DNA of 64,000 nt from Rhynchopus sp. YZ270_cl-10 (GCA_964035575.1 OZ037835.1:992001-1056000); one strand, 5' to 3'. Numbered from the stretch's first letter, positions 23,838 through 35,407 are shown. Made by a program: numbers and translations. The notes: generated from the letters alone by a model not told the origin.

Positions 23838-24931
23838 TTCTGCGTCTTCGTGAGGATGATTGTGTCACCAGCACTCAGCTGCGTCATGTCCGCTCCTTCT
23901 CCCAGCGGTTCGTCTCCGAAACTCATGCAAAAGCCGTCTTCAGGCAACCCCATTGCAGACGCCACCTTCCGCCGCAAGCCCTCCACTGTGTCATCTGCAC
24001 CCACCTCGACTGTGTGCTGATTCGTGTCGAAACCCTTGATGTTCAGGTCCATGTCTTTGTTGTGGTTTTGTGTTCTGATCTCTGTGTGTGGTGGGTGTGG
24101 GGTTTATGATCGTACTCTTAGAGGTCAAAAGAAATCAAACAAAAGCAAAAAGGGGAGAATGAGGGAGGAATCTGTTATCAATTGGCACTGTTAGTGCGAA
24201 ATGTACGTGCGGGGAGGGAACGAAAAAACACGGAAAAAATAATTCTGAAGAATATTGACAACATTGACTGAGAAAACAGCTATAAAAAAGGCGTAAAAAG
24301 GCGTTCACACAGGATCCTTAAAAGACAGCAAATAGAAGGAGTACGCTTTGCAGGAGGTGTCAGAATCCTTGTTTGTAACTTATTACGCATCCACTTGACG
24401 TTTGGATAAAGAAAAACAGAGACAAAAGGGGGTTTGGGGGAAGAGTTTAATTCTTGAACACATCCCCACACTCAGTCACACAAGGCCTTTGCACAAATAT
24501 GTCCACAGTCAACTCATTTAGAGTCATCCACGTGAACTTCCTTCAGCAGTGCCTGCAGAAGCTCTCGTGTTGACCTTCGGGACAAAAGAGTAAACAACTT
24601 CATGCATATTGGAGTGGCCAATCCTCCTGTAGCATGGAAAAAGGCAAAATAGAAATAGAGTCATTGAGTGAGAAAACAGCAATAAAAAGGCGTAAAGCCA
24701 AAAAGGCAGAGGAGTGAAAAGAAAGCTTCACAATGGGGACACAGCGTAACATAACACAATGTGTGGAACGTCTTGCTCAGCACAGCTCTCCTCTCGCACC
24801 AAGTAGTAGTCTGTGCCACGGTGAGCAAGACTGTGCCCCTCTTCTTCTCCGAACCAGAGGACGCAGCAGACATACTGCCAGAGACCCTCCACCTCGGGGA
24901 GGTGCTGCCCTCCCACCAACACACCACGTCG

Positions 24932-25768
24932 TCATTGTGCGTGTCTCCGTCGCTTCTGGCTTTGCTCGGGGGATTCGTCTCTGCTTCGTTTCGGACGTGC
25001 TTCAACCACAAGCTTCCTCAGCTTCTCGTCCTTCCTTACTTCGTTGGACGCAACACTGCTGCAGCCAGAAAGATAAATGCTCGTCAACGAAGTGCAGCTC
25101 GCAGCAAAACTCGAACCTATAAAACCGCTACTAATGTGCGTCACGTTGCCGAGTGGAGACAAATCGAGGGTCGTTAAGCTCCTGCAGGTCTGAAGGAAGT
25201 ACGGACCAACGTGCGTCACGTTGCTGAGTGGAGACAAGTCCAGGGTCGTTAAACTGATGCAGTTCCGAAGGAAGCTTTCATCAACCTGCGTCACTTTGCT
25301 CAACCCAGAGAGGTTGATACTTGTCAACGAGGTGCAGTAGGCCAGGAAGCTGTCTCCAATGCGAGTCACAATGGACTCAGCACTGAGATCAAGTCTCGTC
25401 AACGAAGTGCCTGACAAGAATGCAAACGGAATGACAGTCGCAACCTCCGCCTGCAGAAGCAAACACGCCACCTCAGGATCCTCCACACTCTCCAACCTCT
25501 CGGCGGTCAGGTCTGTCTCACCCAACTTATGAAGCTCTGCAATGGCTTGGTACTTCTGCGTCTTCGTGAGGATGATTGTGTCACCAGCACTCAGCTGCGT
25601 CATGTCCGCTCCTTCTCCCAGCGGCTCGTCTCCGAAACTCATGCAAAAGCCGTCTTCAGGCAACCCCATTGCAGACGCCACCTTCCGCCGCAAGCCCTCC
25701 ACTGTGTCATCTGCACCCACCTCGACTGTGTGCTGATTCGTGTCGAAACCCTTGATGTTCAGGTCCAT
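24932..25768 (-). CDS. Ubl-LRR protein, copy 4 (278 aa)
   Basis: Intact ORF with all three target sites empty. Confidence 0.9.
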   Translation of the reverse strand: MDLNIKGFDTNQHTVEVGADDTVEGLRRKVASAMGLPEDGFCMSFGDEPLGEGADMTQLSAGDTIILTKTQKYQAIAELHKLGETDLTAERLESVEDPEVACLLLQAEVATVIPFAFLSGTSLTRLDLSAESIVTRIGDSFLAYCTSLTSINLSGLSKVTQVDESFLRNCISLTTLDLSPLSNVTHVGPYFLQTCRSLTTLDLSPLGNVTHISSGFIGSSFAASCTSLTSIYLSGCSSVASNEVRKDEKLRKLVVEARPKRSRDESPEQSQKRRRHAQ

Positions 25769-25882
25769 GTCTTTGTTGTGGTTTTGTGTTCTGATCTCTG
25801 TGTGTGGTGGGTGTGGGGTTTATGATCGTACTCTTAGAGGTCAAAAGAAATCAAACAAAAGCAAAAAGGGGAGAATGAGGGA

Positions 25883-26641
25883 GGGACAGCGGTGCAGAGG
25901 TTGTGGTACGTATGGCATGCATGGTTCAGAGCCTTGTGGCCATGAGGGTAACGGAGACTGTGCTGATTGGGACGAGTGAGCAGATCGTACAGTACTCCTG
26001 CGAGGGGGTGAAGATGCGTGCCATTGAGAAATGTGGGTGTTCCTTTGCAGTGTCACCCTGCGAGTCCCTGTTATTGAGCAACGGATCCTCAATTTCTGCA
26101 GTGTTCCGTCTGGACACCCCTGAGCTGTGTGAGGTGCACCGTGTGGACACGTTCGACGGGACGTCCTGGTTGCGGCCGATATTTTCGCCTGACGCAAGCT
26201 TCGCAGTGTTGAGCTCTAGCGAGAAGCGCACTGTCCGCACCATTGACATGGACTCCGGGCAGACGCTCTGCACACTGCGTAGTGTAGAGGTTATTAATGG
26301 CGTTATATATGCTGCCTGTTTCAGTGCGTGCTCGCGATACCTCTTCACAGCCTCTACCAGGAGTGTGCAGCAGTGGGATGCACGCAGTGGAGCCCTTATG
26401 GGACGCATCGACGCAGAGGGCACGTGGTCTGTGCATGCCTCGACAGACGGGTGCAGGCTGGTCGTTGTCGGAACAAGAGGTATCTCGGTGCTCGACCTTG
26501 CTGCCATGAACATACAGGTGTCAGAGCAGGACGCCCTGCAACATGGTCCCCCGCGTCCGCTCCCCTTGAAAGGAACTGTTGTGCAGTGGGTGTGTGTGTT
26601 CGTGAAGGGGAGGGTGTGGGGACAGTGCTGGAGGCAGGCTA
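25883..26641 (+). pseudogene. Inverted, 5'-truncated duplicate of the Ubl-WD40 gene (1927-3165)
   Basis: Near-identical translation from VVRMACMVQ onward; lacks N-terminus; indels near the C-terminus. Confidence 0.85.
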
Positions 26642-26865
26642 GAATAAGGGTGTATGAGGGGGTCAAACAGCCGTTTTTGACCAAAAAAAACAGCTATTTT
26701 GCGATTTTTTTTGACGCCAGGAGGACTCTGTTGGCCCAAATATCCCCAAAGATGAGCTGTGAGCGCATTCCGACCTGTTTTGGACACATTTGACACTTTT
26801 ATTTGTGTTTTCTTTGTGTTTTTGGGTCAAAAACGGCTATTTGACCCCCTCATACACCCTTATTC
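26642..26865. mobile_element. 224-bp MITE, Tc1/mariner-type
   Basis: ~41-bp TIR GAATAAGGGTGTATGAGGGGGTCAAA.AGCCGTTTTTGACC with one mismatch; TA on both flanks. Confidence 0.85.
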
Positions 26866-27772
26866 TATGTAAGGACCTTCACAAAGAACATTTGCGACAG
26901 GACCCAGCACCTCAAAGATCTTCATCAGAAAAGGGTCGGGGAGGGGTGAAATAGGTGAAGTGGGGCCAGAACAGCGAGCAATAAGCGTCGCAGCTACCGA
27001 GAAATAAACACACTGCCATGACCCTCTACATAAGACATGGGTTTTTGTGGGTATTATTTTGCAGCACAGCAGAACATAATTCTGTTTGATTACAGACTAC
27101 TATCACTAGATAGCAGGCACATTTTTTCTTCACAGGATCCTTAAAAGAGAGCAAATAGAAGGAGTACGCTTTGCAGGAGGTGTCAGAATCCTTTTTTGTA
27201 ACTTATTACGCATCCACTTGACGTTTGGATAAAGAAAAACAGAGACAAAAGGGGGTTTGGGGGAAGAGTTTAATTCTTGAACACATCCCCACACTCAGTC
27301 ACACAAGGCCTTTGCACAAATATGTCCACAGTCAACTCCTGTAGAGACATCCACGTGAACTTCCTTCAGCAGTGCCTGCAGAAGCTCTCGTGTTGACCTT
27401 CGGGACAAAAGAGTAAACAACTTCATGCATATTGGAGTGGCCAATCCTCCTGTAGCATGGAAAAAGGCAAAATAGAAATAGAGTCATTGAGTGAGAAAAC
27501 AGCAATAAAAAGGCGTAAAGCCAAAAAGGCAGAGGAGTGAAAAGAAAGCTTCACAATGGGGAGACAGCGTAACATAACACAATGTGTGGAACGTCTTGCT
27601 CAGCACAGCTCTCCTCTCGCACCAAGTAGCAGTCTGTGCCACGGTGAGCAAGACTGTGCCCCTCTTCTTCTCCGAACCAGAGGACGCAGCAGACATACTG
27701 CCAGAGACCCTCCACCTCGGGGAAGTGCTGCCCTCCCACCAACACACCACGTCGTCATTGTGCGTGTCTCCG

Positions 27773-28891
27773 TCACTTCTGGCTTTGCTCGGGGGATTCG
27801 TCTCTGCTTCGTTTTGGACGTGCTTCAACCACAAGCTTCCTCAGCATCTGGTTTTTCGACACTTCGTTGGACACAACACTGCTGCAGCCGGAAAGGTAAA
27901 TGCTCGTCAACGAAGTGCAGTTCTCAACAAAATGCGTACCTCCAAAACCGTTACCAATATGTGTCACTTTGCTGAGTGGTGACAAATCCAGGGTTGTTAA
28001 GCTCTTGCATCCGGAAAGAAAGTTCTTCATAATCGACGTCACGCTGCTGAGTGGAGATAAATCGAGTGCGGTTAAGCTCTTGCATCCGAAAAGAAATTTA
28101 TCATTAATCTGCGTTACGTTTCTGAGTGGAGATATATCCAGGGTCGTTAAGCCGCTGCAGTTCCACAGGAAGCGCGGACCAACCTGCGTTACGCTGCTGG
28201 GTGCAGATAAATCGATGGTCGTTAAACTGCTGCAGCTCTCAAGGAAGCCCGCACCAACCAGCGTCACATTGCTGAGTGCAGATAAATCGAGCGCGGTTAA
28301 GCTCATGCAGGCGAAAAGAAAGTCGGCATTAATCTGCGTCACGTTGCTGAGTGCAGATATATCCAGGGTCGTTAAGCTGCTGCAGTTCCAAAGGAAGCAC
28401 TCACCAACCTCCGTCACATTGCTCAACCCAGAGAGGTCGATACTTGTCAACGAGGTGCAGCTTTCCAGGAAGTCGTCTCCAATGTGAGTCACAATGGACT
28501 CAGCACTGAGATCAAGTCTCGTCAACGAAGTGCGTGACAAGAACCCACTCGGAATGACAGTCGCAACCTCCGCCTGCAGAAGCAAACACGCCACCTCAGG
28601 ATCCTCCACACTCTCCAACCTCTCGGCGGTCAGGTCTGTCTCACCCAACGCATGAAGCTCTGCAATGGCTTGGTACTTCTGCGTCTTCGTGAGGATGATT
28701 GTGTCACCAGCACTCAGCTGCGTCATGTCCGCTCCTTCTCCCAGCGCTTCGTCTCCGAAACTCATGCAAAAGCCGTCTTCAGGCAACCCCATTGCAGACG
28801 CCACCTTCCGCCGCAAGCCCTCCACTGTGTCATCTGCACCCACCTCGACTGTATGCTGATTCGTGTCGAAACCCTTGATGTTCAGGTCCAT
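27773..28891 (-). CDS. Ubl-LRR protein, copy 5 (372 aa, short TGA C-terminus)
   Basis: Intact paralog. Confidence 0.9.
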   Translation of the reverse strand: MDLNIKGFDTNQHTVEVGADDTVEGLRRKVASAMGLPEDGFCMSFGDEALGEGADMTQLSAGDTIILTKTQKYQAIAELHALGETDLTAERLESVEDPEVACLLLQAEVATVIPSGFLSRTSLTRLDLSAESIVTHIGDDFLESCTSLTSIDLSGLSNVTEVGECFLWNCSSLTTLDISALSNVTQINADFLFACMSLTALDLSALSNVTLVGAGFLESCSSLTTIDLSAPSSVTQVGPRFLWNCSGLTTLDISPLRNVTQINDKFLFGCKSLTALDLSPLSSVTSIMKNFLSGCKSLTTLDLSPLSKVTHIGNGFGGTHFVENCTSLTSIYLSGCSSVVSNEVSKNQMLRKLVVEARPKRSRDESPEQSQK

Positions 28892-30102
28892 GTCTTTGTT
28901 GTGGTTTGTGTTCTGATCTCTCTGTGTGGTGGTGGGGTATTACAGAAGACGACTACTGTGTGTGGAGGGGTGGAGCGCTGGCTCGCAACATGGAATTACA
29001 TGCTCGGCCACCACACAGCCCACCCCACACAAAGCAATGTCAAAGTAGTGCCATGCCTCACCCACGGCTGCCCTTCCACAGAAACGACCCATCAGGGTCT
29101 TCTGCGGTCACTTAAACCCAACCCCCAAATGGGACAATAGGGGAGGTGGGCGGGGAGGACGTTGTAATGAAAAGGGTGGCACTGTTTTCTTTGCGTAGTT
29201 CAAAAACTCTCTCTTTTTTAATTATTTAGCCTTTGGTTGAGACACACCAAAGGTGTCGGTTCTGTGGAATCACTGAACCACCCATATCCTGTATCACATC
29301 GTTGATTGTTCTTTCCCTGCGTTGACTGCAAAGGAAAGTTCGCGTACATCGTAGCATTGTTGTGTCTGTGTTTGAAGTAAAAGTACCTCAAATCACCCCA
29401 GGAAAGAGAGAAACGTTTGTAAGATAAACCATAGCCTCTCGTACTGGGCCACCATCAGAAACAGGCAACCACCGACTGCAAGCACACTCAGGGCAAGCCC
29501 CACCAGACACCACAGACCACAACTGCGAAAAATAACCCAAAACCCCCAAACAATCAACAACCAACTGATCTCTTCATAAGTTTTACTTGAAACACAACAG
29601 CCCTCTCGTGAACAGTGCACCTTGGTACACTCTTACGTGACAGCTGCACCGGGTGGACCCAACCATGCAGTCCTACATCCATTTCGCCATTTGCAGCCTG
29701 CCCCTCTCACACATCCCACGAGAGACACCAGCCATCTGTTGCGCTACTGCCGAACGGAAGTTGTGGTGGTTCCCTGCAGATGGTGATGGGTGCGCAGTGT
29801 GGAAGAGCTGTGTGGCGAGGATGCGACGTGCTCAACGATGGTTGGGTGGGTTTGCACTTCGGGAGGAGGTGTCGGAACTCTGCTCTGTTGTTGAGGTGGA
29901 CTGCAGGCAGCAAGGGCGCAGGGGATGTCTCTTTGCACGCTGTCTGGGAGGTCTGTGGAGCTTCGTGTTCCGTGGCGGGTGTGTGAAGAGAGTGATGAGC
30001 ACAACAACGTTGACAACAGCAGCATGTGGCAAGCAGCTTGCAACACGACACAATACGCGCAGGGGAAAGACACGTTCATCATTCTTCGGTTGTGGCACGT
30101 CG

Positions 30103-31164
30103 TCATTGTGCGTGTCTCTGTCGCTTCTGGCTTTGCTCGGGGGATTCGTCTCTGCTTCGTTTTGGACGTGTTTCAACCACAAGCTCACTCAGCATCTGGT
30201 TTTGCGATACTTCGTTGGACACAACACTGCTGCAGCCGGAAAGGTAAATACTCGTCAACAAAGTGCAGTTCGCAGCAAAATACGTCATTCCAAAAGCGTT
30301 ACTAATATGCGTCACGTTGCTGAGTGGAGATAAATCCAGGGTTGTTAAGCTGCTGCAGTACCATAGGAAGCCCGCACCAACCTGCGTCACGTTCCTGAGT
30401 GAAGATATATCCAGGGTCGTTAAGCTGCTGCATCCGGAAAGAAAGTAGCTCATAATCGACGTCACGTTGCTGAGTGGAGATAAATCTAAGGTTTTTAAGC
30501 TGCTGCATTCCTGAAGGAAGCACGCACCCAACTGCGTCACATTGCTGAGTGCAGATATATCCACGGTTGTTAAGCTCCTGCAGTGATGAAGGAAGCCTGT
30601 ACCAACCTGCATCACGTTGCTGAGTGGTGATATATCTAGGGTTGTTAAGTTGATGCAGTCACAACAGAAGTTCAAACCAACCTGAGTAACATTGTTCAAC
30701 CCAGAGAGGTCGACACTTGTCAACGAGGTGCACTCTGCCAGGAACCTGTCTCCAATGTGAGTCACAATAGACTCAGCACTGAGATCAAGTCTCGTCAACG
30801 AAGTGCCTGACAAGAACCCATTCGGAATGACAGTCGCAACCTCCGCCTGCAGAAGCAAACACGCCACCTCAGGATCCTCCACACTCTCCAACCTCTCGGC
30901 GGTCAGGTCTGTCTCACCCAACTTATGAAGCTCTGCAATGGCTTGGTACTTCTGCGTCTTCGTGAGGATGATTGTGTCACCAGCACTCAGCTGCGTCATG
31001 TCCGCTCCTTCTCCCAGCGGCTCGTCTCCGAAACTCATGCCAAAGCCGTCTTCAGGCAACCCCATTGCAGACGCCACCTTCCGCCGCAAGCCCTCCACTG
31101 TGTCATCTGCACCCACCTCGACTGTGTGCTGATTCGTGTCGAAACCCTTGATGTTCAGGTCCAT
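30103..31164 (-). CDS. Ubl-LRR protein, copy 6 (353 aa)
   Basis: Intact paralog. Confidence 0.9.
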   Translation of the reverse strand: MDLNIKGFDTNQHTVEVGADDTVEGLRRKVASAMGLPEDGFGMSFGDEPLGEGADMTQLSAGDTIILTKTQKYQAIAELHKLGETDLTAERLESVEDPEVACLLLQAEVATVIPNGFLSGTSLTRLDLSAESIVTHIGDRFLAECTSLTSVDLSGLNNVTQVGLNFCCDCINLTTLDISPLSNVMQVGTGFLHHCRSLTTVDISALSNVTQLGACFLQECSSLKTLDLSPLSNVTSIMSYFLSGCSSLTTLDISSLRNVTQVGAGFLWYCSSLTTLDLSPLSNVTHISNAFGMTYFAANCTLLTSIYLSGCSSVVSNEVSQNQMLSELVVETRPKRSRDESPEQSQKRQRHAQ

Positions 31165-32654
31165 GTCTTTGTTGTGGTTTGTGTTCTGATCTCTCTCTGT
31201 GTGGAGCGGTGTTGGTGGTGATCAGAGTGCGAAAACAATAAAGTAAGTGCAGAATTATCAGGGATCATTGGAGCCAAGACGAAAGTGGTCAACGAGTTCA
31301 GAGTGATGAACTACAGAAAAAAAGAGGGTTGGGTGGGGAGGTACGTTGTAATGAATAAGACATGGGTTTTTGTGGGGATTATTTTGCAGCACAGCGGAAC
31401 ATAATTTTGTTTCATTACAGACTACTATCACTAGATAGCAGGCACCTTTATATTTCTTCACAGGATCCTTAAAAGAGAGCAAATAGACGGAGTACGCTTT
31501 GCAGGAGGTGTCAGAATCCTTTTTTGTAACTTATTACGCATCCACTTGACGTTTGGATAAAGAAAAACAGAGACAAAAGGGGGTTTGGGGGAAGAGTTTA
31601 ATTCTTGAACACATCCCCACACTCAGTCACACAAGGCCTTTGCACAAATATGTCCACAGTCAACTGCTGTAGAGACATCCACGTGAACTTCCTTCAGCAG
31701 TGCCTGCAGAAGCTCTCGTGTTGACCTTCGGGACAAAAGAGTAAACAACTTCATGCATATTGGAGTGGCCAATCTCCTGTAGCATGGAAAAAGGCAAAAT
31801 AGAAATAGAGTCATTGAGTGAGAAAACAGCAATAAAAAGGCGTAAAGCCAAAAAGGCAGAGGAGTGAAAAGAAAGCTTCACAATGGGGACACAGCGGAAC
31901 ATAACACAATGTGTGGAACGTCTTGCTCAGCACAGCTCTCCTCTCGCACCAAGTAGTAGTCTGTGCCACGGTGAGCAAGACTGTGCCCCTCTTCTTCTCC
32001 GAACCAGAGGACGCAGCAGACATACTGCCAGAGACCCTACCTCGGGGAGGTGCTGCCCTCCCACCAACACACCACGTCGTCATTGTGCGTGTCTCCGTCA
32101 CTTCTGGCTTTGCTCAGGGGATTCGTCTCTGCTTCGTTTCGGACGTGCTTTAACCACAATCTCACTCAGCTTGCCCTTCCACACTTCGTTGGACACAACA
32201 CTGCTGCAGCCGGAAAGGTAAATACTCGTCAACGAAGTGCAGTTCTCAGCAAAAGTCGTACCTCCTCCAAAACCGCTACTAAGATGCGTCACTTTGCTGA
32301 GTGGTGACAAATCCAGGGTTGTTAAGCTCTTGCATCCGAAAAGAAAGCCGCTCTTAATCTGCGTCACATTGCTGAGTGGAGATAAATCCAGGGTCGTTAA
32401 ACTGATGCATCTTTGAAGGAACCACGAACCAACCTGCGTCACTTTGCTCAACCCAGAGAGGTCGACACTTGTCAACGAGGTGCACTCTGCCAGGAAGCTG
32501 ACTCCAATGTGAGTCACAATGGACTCAGCACTGAGATCAAGTCTCGTCAACGAAGTGCGTGACAAGAACCTACTCGGAATGACAGTCGCAACCTCCGCCT
32601 GCAGAAGCAAACACGCCACCTCAGGATCCTCCACACTCTTCAACCTCTCGGCGG

Positions 32655-33256
32655 ATAAACGTTTTTAAAAATAGGATGGAACACCCCGTTCCGAAGAGGA
32701 ATGCAGCCACCCCGAAAAAGTGGGGGTGTGTCGCCAGTCTGCGGTGAGAAACTCCTCCCTGAGTCAAAACTGCCGCTGGTTAGCGCTGGCTAAGGTTCCC
32801 TTTTCACCCGGTCACAATCGAGTCTCGCTCCGTCGGCGTTGACTGCACTGCAAAGCCCCTTGGTCCACCGTCGTAAAAAGACACCACAAAAAGCGTAGGT
32901 AGGTGGGGGACCGGCAGGTTACAGACAGAGGCAGTACGGAGCTAAGGTGTCGGCGGTCGCGGGTTTCCGTGGAGGCCTGCCCCCCGTGGAGGTCTTGGGA
33001 TCTGGGAGTTGTGGAAGTAATCGGCTCAGAGTACCCTGCATTCCATGCACGACTCGAGCTCCTTGTGGTAGGATATTGGGGTCCCGGGAAGCACCCTTCG
33101 CCCCGAGGTCCCACCACCCCAGACAGTTTGTAGGTCTAAAAGCACAACGTACTTGTCCAGGACCTGGCCGCTCTTGGGTTCTCTCGAAAAAAAGATACTA
33201 ATCCCGTACGCCCGTGCACCGCAAAAATGTGCTATGGGGGGCGGTCCGCCGTCGGG
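32655..33256 (-). mobile_element. 602-bp SINE-like partner of the 7.36-kb LINE, at Ubl-LRR site B
   Basis: 20-bp TSD ACTCTTCAACCTCTCGGCGG (32635-32654 / 33257-33276); 3'-terminal 59 nt match the LINE 3' end at 56/59. Confidence 0.9.
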
Positions 33257-33341
33257 ACTCTTCAACCTCTCGGCGGTCAGGTCTGTCTCACCCAACGCAT
33301 GAAGCTCTGCAATGGCTTGGTACTTCCTCATCTTCGTGAGG

Positions 33342-35132
33342 TAGGGGTCCGTTTTCGATGCATGCACCCCTATCCGAGATAGGTGATACAATACATCGTG
33401 GAGGTGATGTTACATAAGTCCATCACCGCCCCTGCTGTGTCCATCCTTCTGCTTCTTCTTGCTGAAGAGGCCTCCCAACGTCGTCTGTCGCCCCCCCGCA
33501 GTGTCGTGGTGGCGGCGGCAGCAGTGGTCCAGGGTTGTCTTGTCCCGCACGCAATTTCCGCATCTCGAGAGTCTGTGTCGTGTGCACGCCTCGTGTCGAA
33601 TGGCCAGCCCATCGCCGTCGGAGTGGTGCGCATAGCAGCAGTGCCTCAGGTCTGCCATCTGGTCCTTCGCACAGGCGTCACATCGGGCCTTCCGGTGCTG
33701 CACACAGATCGCAAATGGCCCAATCGAGATCGCTCCTGCAGGTGCCTTCACAGGCGCGTCTCCTGGCTTCACGTGCTCATCGTGCCTGTAACGTATGGGC
33801 ACGTTCTCCTCTTCTGCCTGCTCGAAAAAGCGCAGCGCCCTCCTTCCCCTCTCGTCTGCGGGGGGGTATGCCGTCTCAGCAGCGTACTCCCCCATCCACG
33901 TACCCCTCGCTCTACCGTTGCCCCTAATCTCCCCCTCCGTCATGCCTTCCGTCTTGCGCTGCTGTCGGTACGCCGTGCCAGCGTCGAAAAGTGCACGTAG
34001 AACACGTATGGTCTCTTCACCGCCGGCAAAAACAGGACGGCAGTCGATACCGGCGAGACCGTGTGCCCCGAACGACGTCAGTGTCATAGCTATCTTCGGC
34101 TTACCCGGATGCAGTGGCGTTGCAGCATGGGTTCGGAGAGTAGACAGCATGTGACCAAAAGTGGTCGCTTTCGCCATTTCGTTGTGGGGAAGAGCTTCTG
34201 GCATCACGTCGTCGCCGTCGCCGTCGTCGCTGCCACCCTCCCCACCCCCGTCATCCATTTCCCCGTCGCCACCCCCACCACCATTGACAACGCCCCCAGC
34301 CCCGTTCCCCGGTTGCTTCACTTTTGGCGGCTTTTTTCCAGTCTTATCTCCGGGGCGGATGTCCATCCCCGTGGAGACCTCGAAGTCAATGAGGAGTTCC
34401 ATGTGCGAGACTTCGCGTCCAGCCTCGTTGCTCCACCGCAGGCCTCCCAGCCAGTAGGCAATCGCCAGCAGCAACGCACGTCCATACGGCCATTTCTTCA
34501 CTGGGAGGGTGCAGCTTCCTAACACATTCGGATACTGCGTCGTCGTGTCCGCATCCGGTTCCCATGTCCACGGATAACGCTCTTGCTCCAGTTGCGGCTT
34601 CATCTCTTGTGTCCTGTTTTGCCGGTATCGCTCGATGAGGATCCTCACCATCATCATCTGCAGGTCTGCAACACGGGCGGTGGCCAAAGGTGTTTCCGGT
34701 GTGCACATTCCGCAGATAGACAGACAGTTCGGCCAGTTCGTTCTGTCAATGTTCAGGAGTAAGGGGTAGTCCGTGCGGATGCTTTCCCATGCGACACACT
34801 CCCACCACATATGCTTGGGATCCTCATCCACCCCTGCAGCACAATACGGGCAGGTGGCCGTTTCTCGTAACTTTGCCCTCGCAAGTCGCACCCCCGTGAG
34901 AGTACCGTCAGCCACGATGTGTCGTAACGTCCCCGCCTCGTAGTCCGACAAAACTTTGCTCTTGGTAAGCGCCAGTGTCTTCTCCTTGTCCACCCCTGCT
35001 CGGATCCCCCGCAGGTTAGCTCTGCCTCCGCCTTTTGCATTCACGTCTGTCTTCGTACTGGAGAGCCGTACGAAGAACATGCGCTCCCGCACAAGATGGC
35101 CGAGTTCCCCTAGCTCAATGGTCTTCACATCG
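33342..35132 (-). mobile_element. 5'-truncated non-LTR retrotransposon (second family) at Ubl-LRR site A
   Basis: 18-bp TSD TTCCTCATCTTCGTGAGG (33324-33341 / 35133-35150); encodes post-RT CPYC...EDPKHMWWEC finger and WPY...WL..LRW...VSHMELLIDFE, homologous to the long element. Confidence 0.9.
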
Positions 35133-35347
35133 TTCCTCATCTTCGTGAGGATGATTGTGTCACCAGCACTCAGCTGCGTCATGTCCGCTCCTTCTCCCAG
35201 CGCTTCGTCTCCGAAACTCATGCAAAAGCCGTCTTCAGGCAACCCCATTGCAGACGCCACCTTCCGCCGCAAGCCCTCCACTGTGTCATCTGCACCCACC
35301 TCGACTGTGTGCTGATTCGTGTCGAAACCCTTGATGTTCAGGTCCAT
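33410..35347 (-). CDS. Chimeric ORF: host Ubl fused in frame to retroelement C-terminal region (645 aa)
   Basis: Continuous frame from host ATG 35347 through ...IILTKMR|NDVKT... to stop at 33410. Confidence 0.5.
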   Translation of the reverse strand: MDLNIKGFDTNQHTVEVGADDTVEGLRRKVASAMGLPEDGFCMSFGDEALGEGADMTQLSAGDTIILTKMRNDVKTIELGELGHLVRERMFFVRLSSTKTDVNAKGGGRANLRGIRAGVDKEKTLALTKSKVLSDYEAGTLRHIVADGTLTGVRLARAKLRETATCPYCAAGVDEDPKHMWWECVAWESIRTDYPLLLNIDRTNWPNCLSICGMCTPETPLATARVADLQMMMVRILIERYRQNRTQEMKPQLEQERYPWTWEPDADTTTQYPNVLGSCTLPVKKWPYGRALLLAIAYWLGGLRWSNEAGREVSHMELLIDFEVSTGMDIRPGDKTGKKPPKVKQPGNGAGGVVNGGGGGDGEMDDGGGEGGSDDGDGDDVMPEALPHNEMAKATTFGHMLSTLRTHAATPLHPGKPKIAMTLTSFGAHGLAGIDCRPVFAGGEETIRVLRALFDAGTAYRQQRKTEGMTEGEIRGNGRARGTWMGEYAAETAYPPADERGRRALRFFEQAEEENVPIRYRHDEHVKPGDAPVKAPAGAISIGPFAICVQHRKARCDACAKDQMADLRHCCYAHHSDGDGLAIRHEACTRHRLSRCGNCVRDKTTLDHCCRRHHDTAGGRQTTLGGLFSKKKQKDGHSRGGDGLM

Positions 35348-35376
35348 GTCTTTGTTGTGGTTTTGTGTTCTGATCT

Positions 35377-35407
35377 CTGTGTGTGGTGGGGTGTTGGTGG
35401 TGATCAG
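35377..35407 (-). promoter_or_regulatory. Candidate trans-splice acceptor of Ubl-LRR genes
   Basis: Sense strand CTGAT (branch-point-like), C/A-rich tract, then ACAG about 30 nt before ATG; similar upstream of other copies. Confidence 0.35.

Larger units (their letters stand above)
20767..24052 (-). pseudogene. Ubl-LRR copy 3, interrupted by two TSD-flanked insertions
   Basis: Removing each insert plus one TSD leaves 819 nt (273 codons), in frame. Confidence 0.9.
32098..35347 (-). pseudogene. Ubl-LRR copy 7, interrupted by two TSD-flanked insertions
   Basis: Removing the inserts plus one TSD each leaves 819 nt in frame. Confidence 0.9.
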
